Origin: Minisyncoccota bacterium
Lineage (GTDB): Bacteria; Patescibacteriota; Minisyncoccia; Phycocordibacterales; UBA6065
Assembly (NCBI GenBank): GCA_036400935.1
Contig: DASWWW010000004.1
Location: 7,808-71,807, forward strand
Direction: 5' to 3'
Length of the DNA: 64,000 bases
Under the pieces are notes generated by a model. That model searched no databases and was not told where the DNA came from. It was given only the letters and a program-made list of their open reading frames with translations. Below are positions 9,301-15,930 of the stretch, one piece after another. Every line of letters begins with the position of its first letter. The first letter of the stretch is position 1. A program made the translations under genes and the position numbers.

Positions 9301-10226
9301 GGAAAAGCATCGGTATCTATTTCGCTTATCGAAACTTTTTCCTTGAGGAAACTCTTTCTTACTAGAATTTCAAGTAAATAAAGCCAGTGAGAAGCGTCGA
9401 TTGCTTTTGCTTCGTCTAGTAATCTCTGATTTTCAGAATAATCACCAGCTATTGCACAAATTTCTGCAAGATAAAGCGGTGCTCGAACATCTTTTGGGTA
9501 TCTTTTATACAAATCCTCATATTTCTTTTTTGCCTCAGGTACTTTCTCAAGACGCTGAAGTGTACGAGCTTCAATTAGCTCAAAATCAAGCAACAACGCT
9601 TCGTCTCCCTGTGAAGAAACAATCTCACGCATAGTATCTAGGGTTTGAGAAACGAAGTTTGCGTGACCTCTGTCTAATTCAGCCTCTAATCCCTTAAGGT
9701 ATTCTCTCGATACTTCAAGTGCTTTTCTCTGGTCAACATCAAATCCTAGAGACACAAGCTGGTCACTATTTAGACCTAAGAGAATTTCCTCAAGCTTTCT
9801 AGGTAAAAGAATACCGAAAGTGATGTCAGGATTTTCGCTTGCTAACTGTGCTCGTGCAGACTCAAGTACGATATCTAGCCCGTTGTTCTTATCGTTAAAG
9901 ACAAAATGGTATTCTTTTATATTTGAAATTTCACTCCAACCACTATTTTTTAGCTTGTTAAAATCATCCACCATCTTTTTGGCGGCTTCCGCACTTTTAT
10001 CAAAAGGGTTCTCTGGTGCATAAATCTGATAGTAAATGCCTTTGCTGGGTATATAGCCATCGTTACCACCATCACCTTTATTTCCGTATGGTCTTACCCT
10101 TTGAAACTCAGGGACAGCTTTTTCCATCACATCAGAAAATAAGCTCTGAAATTCAGAGCCATTCTTCTCGTGCACCTTTTTCCAAAACTGAAGTGACAGA
10201 TACCGCCTGTCCATTTGGCTACTCAT
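6399..10226 (-). CDS. giant 1275-aa protein: N-terminal Mrr-like restriction-endonuclease motif, central TPR-like helical repeats, C-terminal PIN-like region; candidate defense/toxin
   Basis: N-terminus FQSLFSDVMEKAVPEFQRVRPYGNKGDGGNDGYIPSKGIYYQIYAP resembles Mrr_cat (GDGGIDG...QxK, here QIY). The middle is all-helical TPR-like (YEDLYKRYPKDVRAPLYLAEICAIAGDYSENQRLLDEAKAID...). The C-terminus has PIN-like PFYLDGTSAWVLAETG ... IPVLTEDFLYLH. There is no Walker A. GC is low, the sequence being rich in AAA/GAA codons. Confidence 0.8.
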   Translation of the reverse strand: MSSQMDRRYLSLQFWKKVHEKNGSEFQSLFSDVMEKAVPEFQRVRPYGNKGDGGNDGYIPSKGIYYQIYAPENPFDKSAEAAKKMVDDFNKLKNSGWSEISNIKEYHFVFNDKNNGLDIVLESARAQLASENPDITFGILLPRKLEEILLGLNSDQLVSLGFDVDQRKALEVSREYLKGLEAELDRGHANFVSQTLDTMREIVSSQGDEALLLDFELIEARTLQRLEKVPEAKKKYEDLYKRYPKDVRAPLYLAEICAIAGDYSENQRLLDEAKAIDASHWLYLLEILVRKSFLKEKVSISEIDTDAFPADAKIKSDYYRLYGNILKQSEDDVNATAFIERALYFNPEKISNYDAKIAMDINNLISETDEVKRKSKTEEILKEIKATNDKFKASGNIGVRNQVYLNYKQAMLLVQSERLDDFASIVKDTFELILSCHFDNVIDGILTDLLAFAGLPKAGFEKLLTYLDKAERPLSDGFAKRMFLQFLDQGTLETKGKEFYASKKLDNFVALIDDLEEKDYDGFVAKVKDDHQFAVMTCIAINQPDLRKKIIEALPDTGEIHKDRLYLLLEDEAGNADGAFDVLKKMDLSKIGYVDSQKFLGVAKKKEAWDFVLIFGEKILTYEKEADRIVRIKLELFTANFKLGRLPETIKIGEEILGKKEYITLLDENNKAILLCQTVSALLRRNTDEDNKKAKELVETYKNYLSDFESNALLVSEVYLRHNDAKTALEAVVRGATLARRPSPQEYAGLFMVFNTIGNILDIKLVTDGQIEKERFVKFKEEDGWYFVGDGESLDAQPIPSQKQKDYIGKKVGEKITIANAYASDKKEKTIENILPIEKYIMWQTYHHFQKLSLEGMWDAAVSIEVPQTEDGGIDLKNVEALMKAQQERGQEFFNNYCDQNLPFALLVVSEGGFTNAIGRIQNEQRGFIRMSDGTMAEFKSQKDVVTRIIANKEPFYLDGTSAWVLAETGLLRKLHPHLPNIKVPQSVISLLLEIKDKLSYTPGQAGQMFYSKGKIGYSELNPEARDLAGKRISETIALLELNTANIGVISSASKEDVFSEREIPASVTDATILAQREGIPVLTEDFLYLHMNELETKKPKPQYFSSFVLMRVLYEQGRISFQEYLDYFSYLASYRFRFLQFVTQDLEKAVFGDGAITVVQVENLKKLHLPLTLSAEYGVNPDNALKLVFYFILKLLIDDSVPVSVVEKIYTEIMSTYPTDKNRVLLGRALISASVKAINENKTIVVGAHTQEKIDAIARANEKLDPSASLIISS

Positions 10227-10230
10227 AGGG

Positions 10231-10246
10231 CAATTTTACCATTTTC
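10231..10246 (-). promoter_or_regulatory. extended -10 promoter (TGGTAAAAT) 6 nt upstream of the giant gene's ATG, giving a leaderless mRNA
   Basis: Minus sense reads ctGAAAATGGTAAAATtgccctATGagt. A start site ~7 nt after the -10 would be the A of ATG. Confidence 0.4.
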
Positions 10247-10314
10247 AGACCACTTTTGATATAATGTGTCTACAAGCACCTCTTCTGTGTAGGCAACACA
10301 GAAACCTCTTCAAA

Positions 10315-10722
10315 ATGCCTAAAACTGCCCTCAGGAAGCCTTACAAGGCTACTCCTGACACAATCAAGATAATTCTCGATGCAATCGCTGAGGGACTTAC
10401 TCAGCGTGATGCCTCAGTCCTTGCTGGAATAAGCGAGGACACCCTTTCACTTTGGAAGCGTCAGAATTCAGAGTTTTCAGAACAAATTAGACAAAAAGAG
10501 ATTGAGTGCAAAAGGAAACATATCAGGAATATTGAAAAGGCTTCAGAGAAAAGCTGGCAAGCTTCAGCGTGGTGGCTAGAACGAAAATACAAGGACGAAT
10601 TCGCCCTCAAAACTACTGGAAATGAAATAAGTGATGAATTGAGAGAGTCTATGCAAAGGGGCAAAGAAATGTTTGATGAAATTTTTGCAAGGAAGCTCGC
10701 AGGAGCGAAGAAAAAGGCTTAA
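10315..10722 (+). CDS. HTH DNA-binding protein, phage terminase small-subunit-like
   Basis: Start at MPKTALRK (10315). ILDAIAEGLTQRDASVLAGISEDTLSLWKRQNSEFSEQIRQ ... ASAWWLERKYKDEF matches the TerS/HTH_23-type family common on mobile elements. TATAAT at 10262-10267. It is divergent from the giant gene. Confidence 0.6.
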   Translation: MPKTALRKPYKATPDTIKIILDAIAEGLTQRDASVLAGISEDTLSLWKRQNSEFSEQIRQKEIECKRKHIRNIEKASEKSWQASAWWLERKYKDEFALKTTGNEISDELRESMQRGKEMFDEIFARKLAGAKKKA

Positions 10723-10751
10723 TCAGAAGTCGTTTTTGTAGTATAATTTGC

Positions 10752-10871
10752 CTGTTCAACTATAACGGAAGTGACCAGTCAAACAGGTCGCTCTCTTTCT
10801 CCAATCGTAGGCAGAAAGGGGCAGTCCGAGTTCTATGATTGGAGTCCTTCGGGGTTCCGTTATAGTTGAAC
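10752..10871. repeat. 120-bp element bounded by 18-bp perfect inverted repeats (tgttcaactataacggaa / ttccgttatagttgaaca) with nested inner inverted repeats
   Basis: Left arm 10752-10769, right arm 10854-10871. An inner inverted repeat gcagaaaggggcag / ctgtccctttctgc is present. A third direct half-copy tgttcaactat lies at 10938-10948, touching the ATG of the peptide ORF. Confidence 0.7.
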
Positions 10872-10947
10872 ACCTCGGCTGTCCCTTTCTGCATCAAATT
10901 AATACGCTTTAGGGGTAATCCAGCCCAAGGTATAGAAGTGTTCAACT

Positions 10948-11148
10948 ATGCCTGAAACAAAAGATGCGCTTAAATTTCTTGCGCTTTTCGGATTACTTTA
11001 TGTAATCACAAAACATACGCCAATAAATGGTTGGCTTTTGTCATTATTCAATGACTCAATAACAGTGTTAGTGATAATTATTTTTGGTTCACTAGTGCTG
11101 ACATTTGGCTTTGAAGTAATAAGACAGTTCTTCAAGTTTTTTAACTGA
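10948..11148 (+). CDS. small two-TM hydrophobic peptide (66 aa)
   Basis: MPETKDALKFLALFGLLYVITKH...VLVIIIFGSLVLTFGF. Its ATG overlaps the third copy of the repeat half-site. Confidence 0.35.
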   Translation: MPETKDALKFLALFGLLYVITKHTPINGWLLSLFNDSITVLVIIIFGSLVLTFGFEVIRQFFKFFN

Positions 11149-11292
11149 CTTTTCAAGTCAAAATGACCCGTGATATAATTCACCTACAATCGAATAAATC
11201 ACTATTGTTAGCCACACCTAGTTTAAGGTCTCAGCTGTACACTTTTGGCGAAAGAGAAAGCCAATTGACTCGGCAAGATTACACGAATTGGG

Positions 11293-11355
11293 AACGCGAA
11301 ACGGTGGACTCTAAAAGCACAGGAATGTGCTGTCCATTAGTTTCGCGTTTTCTTT
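11293..11355 (+). terminator. nested hairpin plus T-run (terminator or leader structure) upstream of the recombinase operon
   Basis: Outer stem aacgcgaaac / gtttcgcgtt, inner stem agcaca-ggaa-tgtgct, followed by ttcttttggg. Confidence 0.5.
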
Positions 11356-11391
11356 TGGGTAGCCCTCCTCTGCATCGATTGGAGACCATCG

Positions 11392-11574
11392 ATGATTTCT
11401 CTAGAGGACTACAAAAAGAAGCTCGGAGACAAAGCAAAGCTCAAGTCCGATGCCGAAATACTCAAGATAATGAAACTGCAAGAGAAACTTGCGGATGCGT
11501 TTTTCGATATGTGGGTCGAAAAAGTAAATAATAAGAAACTTCCGACTAAGAAAAAATATGAGCGTGAAATTTAA
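11392..11574 (+). CDS. small Lys-rich helical protein (60 aa), possible recombinase accessory or directionality factor
   Basis: MISLEDYKKKLGDKAKLKSDAEILKIMKLQEKLADAFFDMWVEKV. Overlaps the recombinase start by 17 nt. No homology recognised. Confidence 0.3.
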   Translation: MISLEDYKKKLGDKAKLKSDAEILKIMKLQEKLADAFFDMWVEKVNNKKLPTKKKYEREI

Positions 11575-13270
11575 AAACTGTGTAATAGATTGCCGTATCA
11601 GCTCCACCAAGCAAGCTTCGGGTGGAGGTCTTGATGACCAGCAGGCTGTCTGTACAAATCACGCTAGAAATTATGAGTGGAATGTCATTAAGATTTTCAG
11701 CAAGGTCTATTCAGGTCGAAGTGAAGAAAGGGCTGACTTTGAAGAAATTCTTGAATTTATAAAGGAAAAACAAGGCTCAGACACTCCTATCCATTTTTAT
11801 CTTGTTAAGAGCATTGACCGAATAACTCGTGACGGAGCTGTCACTTTTGAAGAAATGAAAAGTCGCCTAGAGTTTTTGGGCGTTCAACTGGTTGATGCAT
11901 ATGGAATGATACAGCCCGCAAAGAACACCCTTGAGCATCTTGGTTTTGAATACAAATGGAGCAAAAAATCGCCAACTGCTACTGCACAGCTTGTAGAGGC
12001 TCAGAGAGCAAAGGATGAAGTTACAGATATCCTTACTCGAATGGTTGGTGCGGAAATTAGGCTTGTTCAGGAGGGTTACAAAGTTCGTCCACCACACGAC
12101 GGATTTGTAAACGAAGTTATTTATGTAAACGGTCAGAAAAAGACAATCGAGTCACCAGACCCCAAGCGAGCAGATTTCTTTAGACAGATGTTCGAGCTTA
12201 GAGCGTCAGGAAGCTTTAGTGATGCTGAGGTTGTCGAAAAAATAAATGCTCTTGGTTATCTCAGTAAGCCTAGAAGTAGATGGGTGTATAGCAAGGACGG
12301 CAAGAGGAGGAAAATTGGTGAGGTTGCGGGTAAGCCCCTTACTGTTAAACAGCTCCAAAGATTTATCTGTCGAACTATTTACGCAGGTATCAATATTGAA
12401 AAGTGGACACACGGCAAACCTATAAAGCAACAATATGATGGCTTGGTTTCGATTGAGACTTTCAACCTAGCAAACAAGGGCAAGATTTATATTCAAGAGA
12501 ACGAAGACGGTTCTTATCAGATTTTGCATAACCAGAAAGACCCACGGGCAATAATGAAGAGGAATAAATTTAATCCTCTTTTCCAATTCGATAAATTGGT
12601 TCTGTGTCCTAAAGGTTGCTGTAAACCCGCTTTGTCTAGCCAAAGTACTGGAAAGTTGGGTAATAAATATCCTGCCTATCACTGTAATAGAAATCACTAC
12701 TGGAGAGTTTCGAAGTCAGAATTTGAGAAAGAAGTAATGAAGTTTTTGAATAGTGTTCATTTCGATGAGGAATTTCTTGAGGGGTTTGAACTTATATTGC
12801 TAGATAAATATCGAGAGCGAGAAGCTGAAGTGCTTAAGGTTTCTTCCAAAGTAAGTGAAAACATCGCTGACCTAAAGGCTCAACAGGCAAAAGCCATTTC
12901 AGATTTCAGGGGTACAAAAAGCTCTATCATCCGACACAAGCTTGAAGAAGAAATTGAAGACCTTGAGAAGCGAATTAAGTCAGCAAGAGTTGAGAGACAG
13001 AAAGTCGAGCTTCAGGAGACCGATATTAAGTCGTTCATCAATTATGTGAAATTTCTAATGGAACACCCAGTAGAAATGCTTGCAGATAATAGCAATCCTT
13101 ACCGTCAGAAGGCTCTTTGGGGACTATTCTTTGAGGAAACTCCGACCTATGCCGAGATAGTTAATGGAACACCAAAACTGTCGCCTGTTGTAAGGCTTTC
13201 TTCTAAACTAGAGGGTGATAAAACCCAAATTGTGACCCTACGGGGAATCGAACCCCGATTTAAAGCTTGA
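11558..13270 (+). CDS. large serine recombinase (integrase)
   Basis: N-terminal resolvase catalytic motif VIDCRISSTKQ (Arg-x-Ser-Ser), a recombinase domain, a zinc-ribbon-like CPKGCCKP...YHC, and a C-terminal coiled-coil. 570 aa. Its last 37 nt overlap tRNA-Glu. Confidence 0.85.
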   Translation: MSVKFKNCVIDCRISSTKQASGGGLDDQQAVCTNHARNYEWNVIKIFSKVYSGRSEERADFEEILEFIKEKQGSDTPIHFYLVKSIDRITRDGAVTFEEMKSRLEFLGVQLVDAYGMIQPAKNTLEHLGFEYKWSKKSPTATAQLVEAQRAKDEVTDILTRMVGAEIRLVQEGYKVRPPHDGFVNEVIYVNGQKKTIESPDPKRADFFRQMFELRASGSFSDAEVVEKINALGYLSKPRSRWVYSKDGKRRKIGEVAGKPLTVKQLQRFICRTIYAGINIEKWTHGKPIKQQYDGLVSIETFNLANKGKIYIQENEDGSYQILHNQKDPRAIMKRNKFNPLFQFDKLVLCPKGCCKPALSSQSTGKLGNKYPAYHCNRNHYWRVSKSEFEKEVMKFLNSVHFDEEFLEGFELILLDKYREREAEVLKVSSKVSENIADLKAQQAKAISDFRGTKSSIIRHKLEEEIEDLEKRIKSARVERQKVELQETDIKSFINYVKFLMEHPVEMLADNSNPYRQKALWGLFFEETPTYAEIVNGTPKLSPVVRLSSKLEGDKTQIVTLRGIEPRFKA

Positions 13271-13304
13271 GAAGCTTCCGTCCTAACCATTAGACGATAG
13301 GGCC
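13233..13304 (-). tRNA. tRNA-Glu (anticodon CUC)
   Basis: Hand-folded minus sense: acceptor GGCCCTA/TAGGGTC (one G-U pair), D-arm GTCT-AATGGTTA-GGAC, anticodon stem GAAGC/GCTTT with loop TTCTCAA, T-arm CGGGG-TTCGATT-CCCCG, discriminator A. CCA is not encoded. Confidence 0.8.
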
Positions 13305-13400
13305 TTGCGGCTGCGTGCGCTTTTGAGGCGACAAGAGATAAATTACACTAAAAAGCGACGATTGGCAATTTCAAAGCGCCCTGCGTGTTATACTTTCGCC

Positions 13401-14621
13401 ATGAGAAAGACCGTCGGTATCCTCCTTTTCGTACTGCTCCTCCCTGCCTTTATATCGAATGTCGGGATCGGATCAGGAAGCCTCGGGCTCACGCCGGAGC
13501 ATGGCGAGCCGAAGATTTTCGGCCGAATCGCCGAGTCCCGATCAAGCGGGCTCTTTTCGCACGCCATGCTTACAGGCTGGTGCGGCGGCCTCGCCAATCA
13601 GTACGTACAGGCGTTTCAGCTAAAAGCGTTCGGGGATGGAGCCTGTACGGACTATACAACGTACAATTCCCAATCTGGCCTGCAGGCCGCCATATTTTCG
13701 GTTATCATCGCCGCGCACGCTTCGGAATGGCTTCTGCGCCTCATTACCGCGGCTTTTCTTGCCCTAGCGCTTGTCCTTTTCTGCCTTTGGCTTTATGACG
13801 AGTTCGGCTCAACGGTCGCATTCGTCACGGCATTCGGCGTCCTGGCGCTTCGCGGCCTCGTACTTGTCGGCGACAATATCGCGCACGTATTCGGAATCTA
13901 TTTCCTTATCCTTGCCTGCACGTGCTTTGCCTACGAAAAGAAATCCGCGCACATAGGCTCGATCGTATGCTGCCTCATGCTCTTCAAATATCCGCTGACA
14001 GGCTTCGAATACGTTACGGCAGCGTGGATGATGGCTTTCGCCCCGCTCGCCTTTTATGCAGTGCGGGACAAGTTCGAGGCAAAGCAATTCCGGCAGCATG
14101 CCCGCAAGATCGGATCGGCAATTGCCGTCGCGACCTTTGTCGCAATAGCGATTCTCACGGTCCAAATCAGCGTCGTGTCATCGCCCAAAGAGGCCGTCAG
14201 CCACCTGACCGAACGCCTGCAGGCACGCACCCAGTTCCCGACCGAGGGAAACCGCTCCGTCTATTACGAATCCATGAAGATAAGCACTCCCGCCCTTTTA
14301 AAGCAGTATCTCAGCTTTGACGCTATCCGAGTTTCAAACATACGCATATCGTTCGGGATGCTTACGATTTTCTTTGTCCTCATTACTGCCGGCGCTTGCC
14401 TCGTCTACAGAAAAAATCGCGATCGAAAGCTCGTCTCCCTCGCCGTCATGCTCTGGGCGAGCGTTTTGGTGCCGCTCACATGGCCCCTCATGTTCAAGGG
14501 CCATGCCGCCTTCCACACCTTCATCGATCCGGTGATTTGGCACATGCCATTTACGATACTTGGTATCGCCCTTACCGCAGCGACCGTACGAGCGGCACTT
14601 AAATTGCGCGCAAACCCATGA
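13401..14621 (+). CDS. polytopic membrane protein, possibly a GT-C-like glycosyltransferase partner of the downstream GT2
   Basis: Start at MRKTVGILLFVLLL, with ~10 predicted TM helices. Its stop overlaps the start of the next gene. Confidence 0.55.
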   Translation: MRKTVGILLFVLLLPAFISNVGIGSGSLGLTPEHGEPKIFGRIAESRSSGLFSHAMLTGWCGGLANQYVQAFQLKAFGDGACTDYTTYNSQSGLQAAIFSVIIAAHASEWLLRLITAAFLALALVLFCLWLYDEFGSTVAFVTAFGVLALRGLVLVGDNIAHVFGIYFLILACTCFAYEKKSAHIGSIVCCLMLFKYPLTGFEYVTAAWMMAFAPLAFYAVRDKFEAKQFRQHARKIGSAIAVATFVAIAILTVQISVVSSPKEAVSHLTERLQARTQFPTEGNRSVYYESMKISTPALLKQYLSFDAIRVSNIRISFGMLTIFFVLITAGACLVYRKNRDRKLVSLAVMLWASVLVPLTWPLMFKGHAAFHTFIDPVIWHMPFTILGIALTAATVRAALKLRANP

Positions 14622-15340
14622 AGCAGATCTTTATAGGCATATGCGCCCACAATGAGGAGCAAGACCTTGCGCGTACGATTGATTCGATCAGCTCGGCCAT
14701 GCGCGCCACGTCCTACCCGTTCAAGATTCTCGTCCATGATGATGGTTCCACCGACAGCACTCGGGCTATCGCGACGGAAAAAGCCGATTACGTAAGCTTT
14801 ACCGACGACCGCCGCGGGCTCGCCGAGGCGTTCAGGCTAAACCTCGCCGCCTGCCTCGCCCGCGGCGCCGATATATTCGTCCATATCGACGCGGACGGGC
14901 AATATCCGGCAGACAAAATACCGGAGCTCATCAAGGAGGTGGAAAACGGCGCCGATCTCGCCATAGGTAGCAGATTCCTGATAAAGAAAGGCTATAGGAA
15001 TTCATGGCACAAGGCTCTCGGCAATACGCTCTTCTCAAGAGGCTACGCCCTCTTCCTCGGTACCCCTATCACCGACCTCACATCCGGCTTTCGTGCCATG
15101 ACCAAGGAATTCGCCCAAGCAATAACCATCCGCAGCAAATTTACGTACACTTATGACCAGTACATTCAGGCCATTTTAGGCAAATACAAAATAAAGGAGA
15201 TTCCCATCCAAGGATCCCCTACGCGCAAATCGCGCCTCATGAAAAACGGCTGGCATTATATGAGGAGGGCCGCCGCCGATATTTATGCCTACTATCCCGA
15301 GTGGAAAAAGGCGGCGGCCTCCCAAAAGTACCAACCATGA
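14618..15340 (+). CDS. glycosyltransferase family 2 (dolichol-phosphate-sugar synthase-like)
   Basis: ICAHNEEQDL, ILVHDDGSTDST and FVHIDADGQYP are GT2 DPM1-like motifs. Confidence 0.8.
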   Translation: MKQIFIGICAHNEEQDLARTIDSISSAMRATSYPFKILVHDDGSTDSTRAIATEKADYVSFTDDRRGLAEAFRLNLAACLARGADIFVHIDADGQYPADKIPELIKEVENGADLAIGSRFLIKKGYRNSWHKALGNTLFSRGYALFLGTPITDLTSGFRAMTKEFAQAITIRSKFTYTYDQYIQAILGKYKIKEIPIQGSPTRKSRLMKNGWHYMRRAAADIYAYYPEWKKAAASQKYQP

Positions 15341-15930
15341 CCTGCTATACTGACCACATGAAATCGAGCCTGACAAACATCCTGAAGCTGACCTATTCCT
15401 TCTCGGAAATAAATCGCGACATGTACTATCCCGATCGCGAGAGGCCGGAAAACGACGCCGAGCACGCCTTTCAGCTCTCGACCCTGGCCTGGCATATCAT
15501 CGAGAAGGACAAGCTCGACCTGGACGTCGCGCGCGTCTTGAAGCTCTGCCTCGCCCACGACCTCGTCGAGATCTATGCCGGCGACGTGCCGCTGTGGGCA
15601 AAAGACGGCCACGATGAAAAGGAAGCGCGAGAAAAGCTTGCCCTCAACCGCCTGACCGAAGAGCTCTCAAGCACGAGCGACATGACCGACGCGATCCGCG
15701 AATACAAAAAGAGAGAAACCAAGGAAGCCATATTCGTCTACGGGTTGGACAAGCTCCTGCCCTTCTTAAACCAGCTCCACATCGGCGGCAAGGTATGGAA
15801 ATCGAACAACGTCAGCATGGCGCGTGCCCTCGAGGTCCTCGAGCGCCAATCGAAAATATCGAATCACCTCTCAAAATACTTCGTCGAGGCAATCGACTAT
15901 ATGAAAAGGCACGAGAGCGAGCTTTTCTAG
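15336..15930 (+). CDS. HD-domain phosphohydrolase (YfbR-like 5'-deoxynucleotidase)
   Basis: ENDAEHAFQLSTLAWH ... CLAHDLVEIYAGD is the H...HD...D metal-binding signature. ATGA overlap with the upstream stop. Confidence 0.7.

Noticed and set aside
10760-10945. 61-aa minus ORF inside the inverted-repeat element
   Set aside because: It is contained in the palindromic element and has no ribosome-binding site. The structure itself is the more parsimonious feature.
11163-11531. 122-aa plus ORF between the peptide gene and the recombinase
   Set aside because: It spans the nested hairpin/terminator at 11293-11355 and has Cys/Arg-rich, low-complexity composition. The shorter 60-aa ORF at 11392 with an upstream GGAG is preferred, and even that has low confidence.
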